Positions 1 to 7,107 of a stretch of DNA of 42,190 nucleotides are shown here, piece after piece (within the stretch, counting starts at the first letter, position 1; every line of letters starts with the position of its first letter). The stretch spans positions 1-42,190 of the forward strand of contig CAZJLR010000003.1 of the NCBI GenBank assembly GCA_964546815.1, in the 5' to 3' direction. The notes beneath the pieces are model-generated. The model was not told where the DNA came from. It worked only from the letters and a program-made list of their open reading frames with translations, and did not search any database. The stretch is from an uncultured Candidatus Obscuribacterales bacterium (GTDB lineage Bacteria > Cyanobacteriota > Vampirovibrionia > Obscuribacterales > Obscuribacteraceae). Position numbers and translations under genes: made by a program.

Positions 1-1
1 T

Positions 2-172
2 GTCATGGAGGCGACTTTGCTCAAATTACTGTCCGCTGATTTGGGGAAAGTCCACAATGGCTGCTTTCAGAGAAATCTTCCCCTGCTGTGCAAAGTTGAT
101 AAAGAAGGAGTTGAGTCAACATATAAAAACGGTGTTCTGAAAATTGTTCTGGCAAAATGCAAAAGGCATTGA
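2..172 (+). CDS. C-terminal fragment of a small heat-shock protein (Hsp20/alpha-crystallin family). The 5' end is truncated by the window edge.
   Basis: The frame-2 translation ends ...GCFQRNLPLLCKVDKEGVESTYKNGVLKIVLAKCKRH*. This resembles the conserved Hsp20 C-terminal block (G-x-F-x-R-x-F-x-LP..VD.D.I.A.Y.NGVL.I.LPK). The stop codon is at 170-172. Confidence 0.45.
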   Translation, partial: VMEATLLKLLSADLGKVHNGCFQRNLPLLCKVDKEGVESTYKNGVLKIVLAKCKRH

Positions 173-230
173 GCGAAAGAAAAAGTTGAAATCAAAACAG
201 ACGATAAATAAAGCAGATTCAGTGCTATTT

Positions 231-263
231 ATTGCAAAAAAAAGCCTCCCGGGGGCGGGAGGC
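231..263 (-). terminator. Rho-independent terminator oriented for minus-strand transcription.
   Basis: A perfect GC-rich hairpin GCCTCCCG-GGGG-CGGGAGGC at 244-263 is preceded on the plus strand by A8. Read on the minus strand it is the hairpin followed by a U8 run. The plus strand has no T-run after the hairpin. Confidence 0.55.
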
Positions 264-480
264 TCGGAAGCTAGGGGTGAAAGAAAATTGTAACTTGCTC
301 GTAGTTCTTAAGAAGGTTGAGCCGCTGTAAATTTAAGGTCCCTATCTCCGCATAAACTTTATGGTTCTATTATGGACCAAGAGTATTTACCGTTCATCAT
401 CCTTATGAATGAACTTGCCAGAAAGCCAGGCAAAAGGCGGCGCCAGAATCTAGCTATCATCCTTTAGAATGAGGAGCAAA

Positions 481-540
481 CCAATTAGTTATCCTCACTT
501 AGCCAATTAGTTATCGTCACTTAACCGATTGGTCTCTCCC
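481..540. repeat. Direct tandem repeat of about 21-22 bp, 2.5 copies.
   Basis: CCAATTAGTTATCCTCACTTA at 481-501 and CCAATTAGTTATCGTCACTTA at 503-523, then the partial copy CCGATTGGTCTCTCCC. The region is intergenic and lies upstream of the minus-strand terminator. Confidence 0.6.
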
Positions 541-702
541 TCAACTAGGGGAGCAGAACCTATCATTTAGGCCATTACGTCACTCATGGAAGAGCTGTAA
601 CTTATAGTTATCAGCTCACGACAAGCACTTTCATAAAGCGCTAAGTCAATGTGGCGATAAATGGATTGGCGAAAAAATAAAAAACGATGCTCAGGTAAAG
701 TG

Positions 703-1020
703 ATGTACCTTCCGAAATTGCAGATCAATAGTGCGATTTTGATCTTGCTAATTTTCACAGCCCCAGCTTTTTCACAGGATACTGTCACTTGCCCAGTTAG
801 AGTCGACGTTCCTTCGGTTGTGAGAATAACCGGAACAGATAACGTGACTACAACTCAGAATTTGACTATCGATCAATCCTCAATTTCATACCTTACCTGC
901 AATAAGCGAAGCAATAGCAAAACCATTTTGCAAATACAACAAAGAAGGCAATGCAGCATTGTACATGGACAACATGCATTACCCAGATGGGTGGATGGCA
1001 ATCAACCGACGGAAGGTTAG
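703..1020 (+). CDS. Hypothetical small secreted protein. The start is uncertain: 661, 700 (GTG) or 703.
   Basis: ORF 661..1020. The internal Met at 703 begins a signal-peptide-like segment, MYLPKLQINSAILILLIFTAPAFSQ. No recognisable domain was found. Confidence 0.3.
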   Translation: MYLPKLQINSAILILLIFTAPAFSQDTVTCPVRVDVPSVVRITGTDNVTTTQNLTIDQSSISYLTCNKRSNSKTILQIQQRRQCSIVHGQHALPRWVDGNQPTEG

Positions 1021-1251
1021 CAGAGTTGACGATAGATGGATAATAGAATAAGGCAGTTTAAGTGCACTCCTGGAGAAAGACAAGATCAAAAAGTTGCCCA
1101 TCAGAAAAAAGAACGCGAAAAGCAATTTGAAACTTAAAAGGCAAACTAAATCCCGGACATTGCAAGCAGGCAGAGCAATCCATCACCCTAAATTAGAAGC
1201 TTTGGTACTCTAGAAATTCCAAGACATAAAAACTAAAGGCAGGAAAGTGAA

Positions 1252-1926
1252 ATGTCGACAGCAAATGCAAATACAAATATCCAAATATACATTGTGGAAG
1301 ATCAAGAGATTCTCCGCACAGGAATCAGCATTGCTCTTTCAAGAATAGAAGGCTTCAAAGTCATCGGAAGCGCAAGCGACGGACTCACGGCCTTGCATCA
1401 AATTCCAGAGCTGCGACCCGCCGTCGTTTTAATGGATATAAGCCTTCCACAAATGAACGGCATTGAAGTGACAGCACTGCTCAAGCAAAAGTGTCCGGAA
1501 TTGAGAATTATAATTCTGTCGTCGCACGAAGACGAATTGAACGTGTACTCAGCCTTCAACGCAGGCGCATCAGGATACTGCTTAAAAGATGTCCCAGGCG
1601 AAAACTTGCAGCTTGCAATCAAATCTGTTGCAAAAGGAGCCACCTGGGTTGACGATAGAGTTGCAGCAAAAATATTGCAGTGTGTCGATGAGCAAATGAA
1701 AAAACTCAGCAAGGAAAGCAAAGCTCCTGAAAAAGTTGCTCTATCTGAACGCGAAATCGAAGTTATTCGTCACATTGCAGGAGGACTAAAAAATCGTGAA
1801 ATTGCAGACCGATTGAAAATAAGCATATCAACAGTGAGATCACATATAAATAATATGGCCGAAAAGCTCTCGGTCAACACACGCACTCAAATAGCATTGA
1901 GAGCTCAAAGAGAAGGACTAGTCTAA
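1252..1926 (+). CDS. Two-component response regulator of the NarL/FixJ (LuxR-type HTH) family.
   Basis: N-terminal receiver domain (IVEDQEILR...VVLMDISLPQMNGIEV...IIILSSHED, with the phospho-acceptor Asp in the LMD motif). C-terminal LuxR HTH (LSEREIEVIRHIAGGLKNREIADRLKISISTVRSHINNMAEKL). The RBS AGGAAAG lies upstream of the ATG. Confidence 0.92.
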   Translation: MSTANANTNIQIYIVEDQEILRTGISIALSRIEGFKVIGSASDGLTALHQIPELRPAVVLMDISLPQMNGIEVTALLKQKCPELRIIILSSHEDELNVYSAFNAGASGYCLKDVPGENLQLAIKSVAKGATWVDDRVAAKILQCVDEQMKKLSKESKAPEKVALSEREIEVIRHIAGGLKNREIADRLKISISTVRSHINNMAEKLSVNTRTQIALRAQREGLV

Positions 1927-1950
1927 GTTTTATCTGCAATCGCCGATCCA

Positions 1951-1986
1951 ATCGCGGGAATGCTCAAGCTTCCCGCGATTTTTATA
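1951..1986 (+). terminator. Rho-independent terminator of the response-regulator gene.
   Basis: The hairpin ATCGCGGGAA-tgctcaagc-TTCCCGCGAT is followed by TTTTTAT immediately downstream of the stop codon. Confidence 0.65.
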
Positions 1987-2422
1987 ACTATTTCCATTGC
2001 AATGACAAGCATTCACATTTGTCATCACGCGGACGCACCCAAACTAAAGTACTAAATTGAAATCAGTCATTTGTAGGATGCAATTCAAATCGAAAACACG
2101 ATGAGCAGAATAAGTCCTCTGAATCATACTAGAAATATCTAGGAACTGAGGTAAGGGTCCAGTAGCGAATCAAATTTCTACTACTACGGTGATACATCAT
2201 GAAGGCTAAGCAAATTCAAATCGCAATCATCAGCGCATTCAGGCATCGCTATTCTTGCTCTATACGTACACACTGCCAACAATTTACATGCCGTCAATTC
2301 TAACGTTCCTGACGTTGCAAGCCTGACCAACATGAATGATTCCACCACAAGCAAACCCTGACCATAGATCAAGGCAACAGTTCCCAGCGTTCAATACCTT
2401 TTCTTTCCAATCGCCAACTTAG

Positions 2423-2456
2423 TCGTGGGAATGCTGGCGCTTCCCACGACTTTTTC
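2423..2456 (+). terminator. Second copy of the same terminator-like hairpin element, with no annotated upstream gene.
   Basis: The hairpin GTCGTGGGAA-tgctggcgc-TTCCCACGAC is followed by TTTTTC. About 20 nt upstream there is also similarity to the 1936-1986 element (CAATCGCC...GGGAATGCT...CTTCCC.CGA.TTTTT). Confidence 0.5.
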
Positions 2457-2792
2457 ACGATCCCACGCCTTGTCCGCACAAAATCAACGTACTCGGCAGC
2501 GCGAATAAAACAGAATGGACATATGTCGCATACTAAGGCTATCGATGAGCCAAGCTTCCAAGCCCGACAAGGATTGCTTTTCCAAAAACTAAATTATTCA
2601 AACTGGTCATAAATATTAAAATGATGACGCAGAATGCCGTTGACCCGGATATCACCTTAAACGCTGGAGCAGTCTCAGCTTGGTGACAACACTGACAAAA
2701 TGGACGTTTGTTATCGTCCCTTTGGATCGAGTACTTTCATCAAAGGTCATTCTTGGTACTGATGCGTTATACGCTTGATTAATGCAGAATAA

Positions 2793-3224
2793 TTGAAGGC
2801 TATAGAGAATCGACTTATGAACAACGGCAACAAAAGCAAAAACCAAGCAACGCAAATCATGTTTGCGGCAGCATTAGAAGCAGCACAACACAAGATGTTT
2901 GCCGAATCGGATATTCTCTTTAGCAAAGCAATAAAGATGAACAATGGAAACTCCGAGCAAACCGCGCCTGAAAAATCTTCAATGTTCGTGAAGTTTGCAG
3001 ACCTCTGCTGGGAAGCCGGACTCTATGAAAAATCCGAAACGCTGTACAGAGAAGCGTTGTCTTTATACCAAGATTTTCGGGGTACTGAGCATATCGGCAC
3101 AGCCCTGATTATGCGCAATCTTGCTGATATTTGTAGCAAGCTTGAAAAAAAGAAAGAAGCAGAAGAATTTAGCTACCGCTCAAATTCCATACTGTGTAGA
3201 TTTAACGAGGAATCTAAGTATTAG
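2793..3224 (+). CDS. Hypothetical small helical (TPR-like) protein.
   Basis: 143-aa ORF. The helical segments YREALSLYQDFRGTEHIGTALIMRNLADICSKLEKKKEAEEF resemble a TPR/Sel1 motif. An alternative start lies at 2817. Confidence 0.45.
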   Translation: MKAIENRLMNNGNKSKNQATQIMFAAALEAAQHKMFAESDILFSKAIKMNNGNSEQTAPEKSSMFVKFADLCWEAGLYEKSETLYREALSLYQDFRGTEHIGTALIMRNLADICSKLEKKKEAEEFSYRSNSILCRFNEESKY

Positions 3225-3347
3225 ACTCATCCTTTGGGATCGGTCTGAGCATTTTTTTTCCCAAAAATTCAGCCCTGCGACTGATTTATCGAAACTAGAG
3301 CAGAGATAGACTAGTTTTTGCATTCTTAAAGGAAATGGAAAGGACAA

Positions 3348-4391
3348 ATGACAAGCACAACCGCAAACCGCAGCGAATCGCCGTTCATGAATGAGCAAGC
3401 CAACTACCCGGCATTTTCATTCTTTTTCAGAATACATTCAGGCTCTGAAAAACAACTTCATGACGCAGGACATATTCGCGGACGCTGCCATGAGTACATA
3501 AAGGCTTCTTTGCTCAAACCAACAGTGATTGAGGCCCTGCTAACTAAAACAGATGCTTTGATAGACAATCTCAATTTTCATTGCGGCGCAAAATCGGTTG
3601 CATTGTTTGTATCTCCCGATTCATCGCATTCGTCATTGTTCTACATTGATATTCCAGAAAAAATGTATCTGGGCGAATATTTTTCCAGCTACGAACGCTT
3701 ATTTGCAGAACAAGAGTCTGCACCATATTTGATGTTTGTGTTTGAACCGACCACGGTTAAAGTGTACAAAGGCCAGGGACTACAACTAGAAACTCTCACC
3801 GAAACAAATTCGATGGCCAGCTTGCATACAGTGTACAAACACCGCGCGCCGCTGAAAGCATCAAAAAACGGCAAAACCAGCCAGAGCCATGAATTCGATC
3901 CAAAATGGAAAAATGAATTGATTCACGAAATAGCAAAAGTCTGCACGGAAGAAAAACTGCCTTGCTATGTTGCTGGACTCAATGCATTTGGAGCCGAGGA
4001 ATCTGAATTGCTCTCTAACGGAGTAGAATTGCTCGTGTCGATGAGCGTAGTACAACAGCCTGGCGATTCTGATGAACTCAAGAGCTTAGCTGAAGACCTG
4101 ATAGCCCGATATCAAACAAAGAAAGCAGAAACGCTGTTGAGCAAATGCGAAAACGCCATGGGCGTCCATCGATTGGCCACAGGCGTAGATGAAATTGTGA
4201 ACTGTGCCAAAGATGGTCGCGCTGCAGTTTTAGTACTTGAGGCACCAGCCTGGAGTACAGAGGCAGAAGGAAAGTACGGCACTTTGCACGAAGCTGTACG
4301 TCAAACAATTCTAAAGCATGGAGAAGTAGAGTTCGTAAGGGAGGGAACGCTCTCTAAGTGGAATGGAGCAGCGTTGATATTACGATATTAA
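3348..4391 (+). CDS. Protein with an eRF1/Pelota domain-3-like C-terminus (baeRF-like, bacterial release-factor-like family). The functional assignment is tentative.
   Basis: 347-aa ORF. The C-terminal block GVDEIVNCAKDGRAAVLVLEAP...GEVEFVREGTLSKWNGAALILRY resembles the eRF1_3/Pelota C-terminal signature (..G.VE.LLV....; ...GGIAAILRY at the extreme C-terminus). The N-terminal roughly 200 aa is unrelated to anything I can name. Confidence 0.55.
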   Translation: MTSTTANRSESPFMNEQANYPAFSFFFRIHSGSEKQLHDAGHIRGRCHEYIKASLLKPTVIEALLTKTDALIDNLNFHCGAKSVALFVSPDSSHSSLFYIDIPEKMYLGEYFSSYERLFAEQESAPYLMFVFEPTTVKVYKGQGLQLETLTETNSMASLHTVYKHRAPLKASKNGKTSQSHEFDPKWKNELIHEIAKVCTEEKLPCYVAGLNAFGAEESELLSNGVELLVSMSVVQQPGDSDELKSLAEDLIARYQTKKAETLLSKCENAMGVHRLATGVDEIVNCAKDGRAAVLVLEAPAWSTEAEGKYGTLHEAVRQTILKHGEVEFVREGTLSKWNGAALILRY

Positions 4392-4502
4392 TCGACTTGA
4401 AGGTGTAGCATCCTTCGGGCACAATCTCGGGCAACCCAGAGCTTAAGCTTGTCCCAAAGAAATGATGCACCTTCCAGTCCCCTCCAACCAATTTGCGAAA
4501 AC

Positions 4503-4541
4503 AACAAAGCGGATAGTGCCTAGGGCATTATCCGCTTTGTT
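4503..4541 (+). terminator. Stem-loop (13-bp stem) downstream of the 3348-4391 gene. It is a candidate terminator.
   Basis: AACAAAGCGGATA-gtgcctagggcat-TATCCGCTTTGTT, followed by CATTTGTGTG, which is only moderately U-rich. Confidence 0.4.
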
Positions 4542-4580
4542 CATTTGTGTGCAAGAGTTGGACGAAGCGAAAGGCTGGAA

Positions 4581-4648
4581 GAAGCGGCTGGACGTAGGAA
4601 GCGGCTGGACGGAGGAAGCGGCTAGACGGAGGAAGCGGCTAGAAAGAT
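4581..4648. repeat. 17-bp tandem repeat, 4 copies.
   Basis: GAAGCGGCTGGACGTAG / GAAGCGGCTGGACGGAG / GAAGCGGCTAGACGGAG / GAAGCGGCTAGAAAGAT. The 17-nt period is not a multiple of 3. ORF 4462..4653 spanning it is therefore unlikely to be coding. Confidence 0.7.
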
Positions 4649-4752
4649 TGTAGGGGCGACGCCATGCGTCGCCCGGAACTTAAGCTGCGGTGCTCGCTTA
4701 GACAGTTTCGCCCTACAAAACAGCGGGCGACGCATGGCGTCGCCCCTACAAA
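4648..4752. repeat. Pair of inverted about 28-bp repeats. Each contains a 21-bp perfect palindrome of the GGGCGACGC-ATG-CGTCGCCC type.
   Basis: TTGTAGGGGCGACGCCATGCGTCGCCCGG at 4648-4676, and its inverse CGGGCGACGCATGGCGTCGCCCCTACAA at 4724-4751. A third palindrome copy lies at 23566-23587. Confidence 0.75.
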
Positions 4753-4788
4753 TGAACAAGAAATCGCCAAGTTAGTTGATGTTTCTTT

Positions 4789-5772
4789 TTAGCTGGCTCC
4801 GACTTTGTCGTGCTTGTGCAAAGCAGGCTTTGCTTTGTGCTCGTCAGAGGATGCGGCTTTCTGGCGCAGCATTAAGACTGGGCATGGTGCGGTGCATAAT
4901 ACAGCAAGTGAAACACTGCCAAAAATCATCTTATGCAACGTTTTTCCATGGCGGCAGCCAATTACAATTACGTCTGCATTCCATTCTTTGGCAGCATCGA
5001 CGATCATCTTTTTGGGGTCGCCCACCAAAATTTCTTCGAAAATTTCTGGTGAATGATAATGGTCGCGCAGCTTCAGCGCAAGTTTGCGCACAGTTGCAGA
5101 GCGCACATGCTTAGATTCTTCGTAGAACTCGTCGAGCGCGGGAGAATTAGCAATTAGCCCCAAAGCCGGATTTGCAATTACTGAAATCAATTTGAATTGC
5201 GCCGGTTGTTTCCAACTATGTTCATTTACTAGCTTGATGATTTCTCCAGCGGATTTTGTTTCATCCAGCGCGATCAAGATTCGCAACGGACCTTTTTCAG
5301 TGCCGGCATCAAGCTTCTTTCGCGCAGATTTGGCACGAGGCTTCACCAGCAATACGGGGCAGGGCGCCTCAGACACCAGCATGAGAGAAACGCTACCCAG
5401 CAGAATCCTATCTAATTGGTTTCTGCCGTGAGAGCCGGCAATAATCATATCGGCTCCCCAATCTCTGGCGACAGAAATAATTTCCTCTTTGACAGGACCG
5501 CCGATAACACGCTTGCTGACGTGCGCAGAAGGAAGAGCCGCTTGTATAAGGCGAGCCATCTCATCAACCAAAGCAAGCGCCTCAGTCATAACTTGCTCGC
5601 CCGAAACAACCATAAGTTTTGCCAGAGGTGTCTGCAAATTATCATCGGTAAAGAATGGCTCAACCACGTGAATCACACAAAATTCGGCGTTTTCTTGCCA
5701 ATCATGTTCTGCGATAAAATTTACAAGCTCAGACCCAAAAGTACGGTCTTCCACAGGAACCAGGACTTTCAT
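4789..5772 (-). CDS. Tandem-domain universal stress protein (two UspA domains).
   Basis: Two repeats of the USP fold signature: MKVLVPVEDRTFGSELVNFIAEH...DMIIAGSHGRNQLDRILLGSVSLMLVSEAPCPVLLVK, and LRILIALDETKSAG...DVIVIGCRHGKTLHKMIFGSVSLAVLCTAPCPVLMLR. Confidence 0.9.
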   Translation of the reverse strand: MKVLVPVEDRTFGSELVNFIAEHDWQENAEFCVIHVVEPFFTDDNLQTPLAKLMVVSGEQVMTEALALVDEMARLIQAALPSAHVSKRVIGGPVKEEIISVARDWGADMIIAGSHGRNQLDRILLGSVSLMLVSEAPCPVLLVKPRAKSARKKLDAGTEKGPLRILIALDETKSAGEIIKLVNEHSWKQPAQFKLISVIANPALGLIANSPALDEFYEESKHVRSATVRKLALKLRDHYHSPEIFEEILVGDPKKMIVDAAKEWNADVIVIGCRHGKTLHKMIFGSVSLAVLCTAPCPVLMLRQKAASSDEHKAKPALHKHDKVGAS

Positions 5773-5796
5773 TAGATACTCTCCCTTCTTCTCGTT

Positions 5797-6294
5797 TTAA
5801 GAGCCCGATTTTACTGGTTCTTTTTTCTCTTTTGCATTTTCGGGGCTTTCAACTTCCTTAGGAAGTTTCACCACCATTACAGAACATGGGGCAGCCGAAA
5901 GCACTGACATAGACACACTGCCAAGCAAGAACTGACTCAAACCGGTGCGTCCGTGTGAGCCAAGCACAATCAATTCAGCATCCCAATCACTGGCCATTTG
6001 CAAAATGGCTTCTTTAGGACTTCCTTCAATAACTTCCTTGTAAATCGGCGCCTTTGGCAGACGCACAGCAATTTTGCTTCCAATTGAAAGAAGCAAACTT
6101 CGTGCAGCTCTATTTCGTTCTTCATTTACATTATGAATGAGGTCTCCCGGATATCCGGATAATACATTAACGGGGATTGGCTCCAGAGCGTGGATTAGCT
6201 TAATTTCCGTTTCATCAGGCCACTGGTGCTCGGCAATAAAGTTAGCCATTGCTTCGCCAAATTTTGCATCTTCAACTGCAACCAAAATTTTCAT
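5797..6294 (-). CDS. Universal stress protein (UspA family).
   Basis: MKILVAVEDAKFGEAMANFIAEH...ELIVLGSHGRTGLSQFLLGSVSMSVLSAAPCSVMVVK. The RBS GAGGA lies 8 nt upstream of the ATG at 6294. The ORF track's upstream ATG at 6309 would include this RBS. Confidence 0.9.
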   Translation of the reverse strand: MKILVAVEDAKFGEAMANFIAEHQWPDETEIKLIHALEPIPVNVLSGYPGDLIHNVNEERNRAARSLLLSIGSKIAVRLPKAPIYKEVIEGSPKEAILQMASDWDAELIVLGSHGRTGLSQFLLGSVSMSVLSAAPCSVMVVKLPKEVESPENAKEKKEPVKSGS

Positions 6295-6312
6295 TTTCGT
6301 AATCCTCACTCA

Positions 6313-6810
6313 TTATTTACTTGTTGCAGTAGATGATTTTTCATGCTCTTGTTTTTTATGCCGAGTAGCAGGCGTTCTTACAATTTCGACTGAGCATTGT
6401 GAGCGTTCTGCAACGCTGCGCGAGACACCACCAAGCAGATTGTGAGGGCAAACGTCACGGCTATGAGCACCAATCAGAATCTTGCTAGCTTCCCATTCAG
6501 AAGCAGCGCGCACAATTTGTGCTTGCGGATTTCCTTCTCGAATTTCAAAATGAACAATTGAACCCGGAACATGATTTTCAATTTTATGTCGTGCATCGGC
6601 GCATAGTTTTTCAGCAAAGTTTTTTCTGCGATGAACTATGTCCTGCTGCATTTCTTTCCAGCCGCTTTCAGTCGACCAGTCGGACATGCTCAGCGGTTCT
6701 AAAACATGCACAATTTTGAACTCTGTATCAGGAGCCCAACGACGCCGACAAATAGCATCCACCACATGATGGGAATAATGTGAGTCATCTATTGCTACTA
6801 GCACTTTCAT
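6313..6810 (-). CDS. Universal stress protein (UspA family).
   Basis: MKVLVAIDDSHYSHHVVDAICRR...KILIGAHSRDVCPHNLLGGVSRSVAERSQCSVEIV. The RBS AGAGGAGCC lies upstream. This is the third USP gene in a head-to-tail minus-strand array. Confidence 0.88.
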   Translation of the reverse strand: MKVLVAIDDSHYSHHVVDAICRRRWAPDTEFKIVHVLEPLSMSDWSTESGWKEMQQDIVHRRKNFAEKLCADARHKIENHVPGSIVHFEIREGNPQAQIVRAASEWEASKILIGAHSRDVCPHNLLGGVSRSVAERSQCSVEIVRTPATRHKKQEHEKSSTATSK

Positions 6811-7107
6811 TTTCCGGCTCCTCTTTCACCTAATAGTTTGCATCTGCGAGGGCTACTTCCGTTGCTATCTCGCGATGTCCTAACCCTATGTTGACAGGAA
6901 ACCCCGGGGGAAACCTCGACCATAATGGTGAACAACGTCAACCTCTGTACTGATATTTGCCTTTTTGCATCTTCTCAACAGCACTAATTCATCCGAAAAA
7001 CTTGATTTTTGAGGGACATAACAGCAAAATATAAGCAAGGTCATCCGAAAGGATGATCAAACGCGTTCTGCTCCTTTGAGCTTGCCCCATAACTAACTGA
7101 GCTCAAT

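Noticed and set aside
567-788. 73-aa minus-strand ORF.
   Set aside because: It overlaps the start of the plus-strand secreted-protein ORF and the repeat region. It has no RBS and a hydrophobic junk composition. The minus-strand terminator at 231-263 is better explained by a non-coding transcript.
1398-1721. 107-aa minus-strand ORF inside the response-regulator gene.
   Set aside because: It is antisense to a high-confidence receiver/LuxR gene and has no RBS or conservation signal.
4462-4653. 63-aa ORF spanning the 17-bp tandem repeats.
   Set aside because: The repeat period of 17 is not divisible by 3, so the 'protein' changes frame relative to the repeat. There is no RBS, and the ORF lies in an intergenic gap full of palindromic elements.
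4581-4752. Possible CRISPR array, raised because of short direct repeats plus palindromes.
   Set aside because: The 17-bp units are contiguous with no spacers. The palindromic copies are inverted relative to each other, not direct. No cas genes are nearby.
4776-5775. Plus-strand ORFs antisense to the tandem-USP gene: 4776..5114, 4805..5056, 5192..5431, 5416..5775 and 5489..5671.
   Set aside because: They lie fully inside a well-supported USP coding region on the opposite strand. They have no domain signal.
6880-6930. TTGACA ... CATAAT promoter-like pair, and the GGAAACCCCGGGGGAAACC quasi-palindrome in the USP/membrane-protein divergent intergenic region.
   Set aside because: The spacer between the -35-like and -10-like hexamers is about 23 nt, which is too long for a sigma70 promoter. 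The palindrome is imperfect. It was noted but not confidently callable as a regulatory site.
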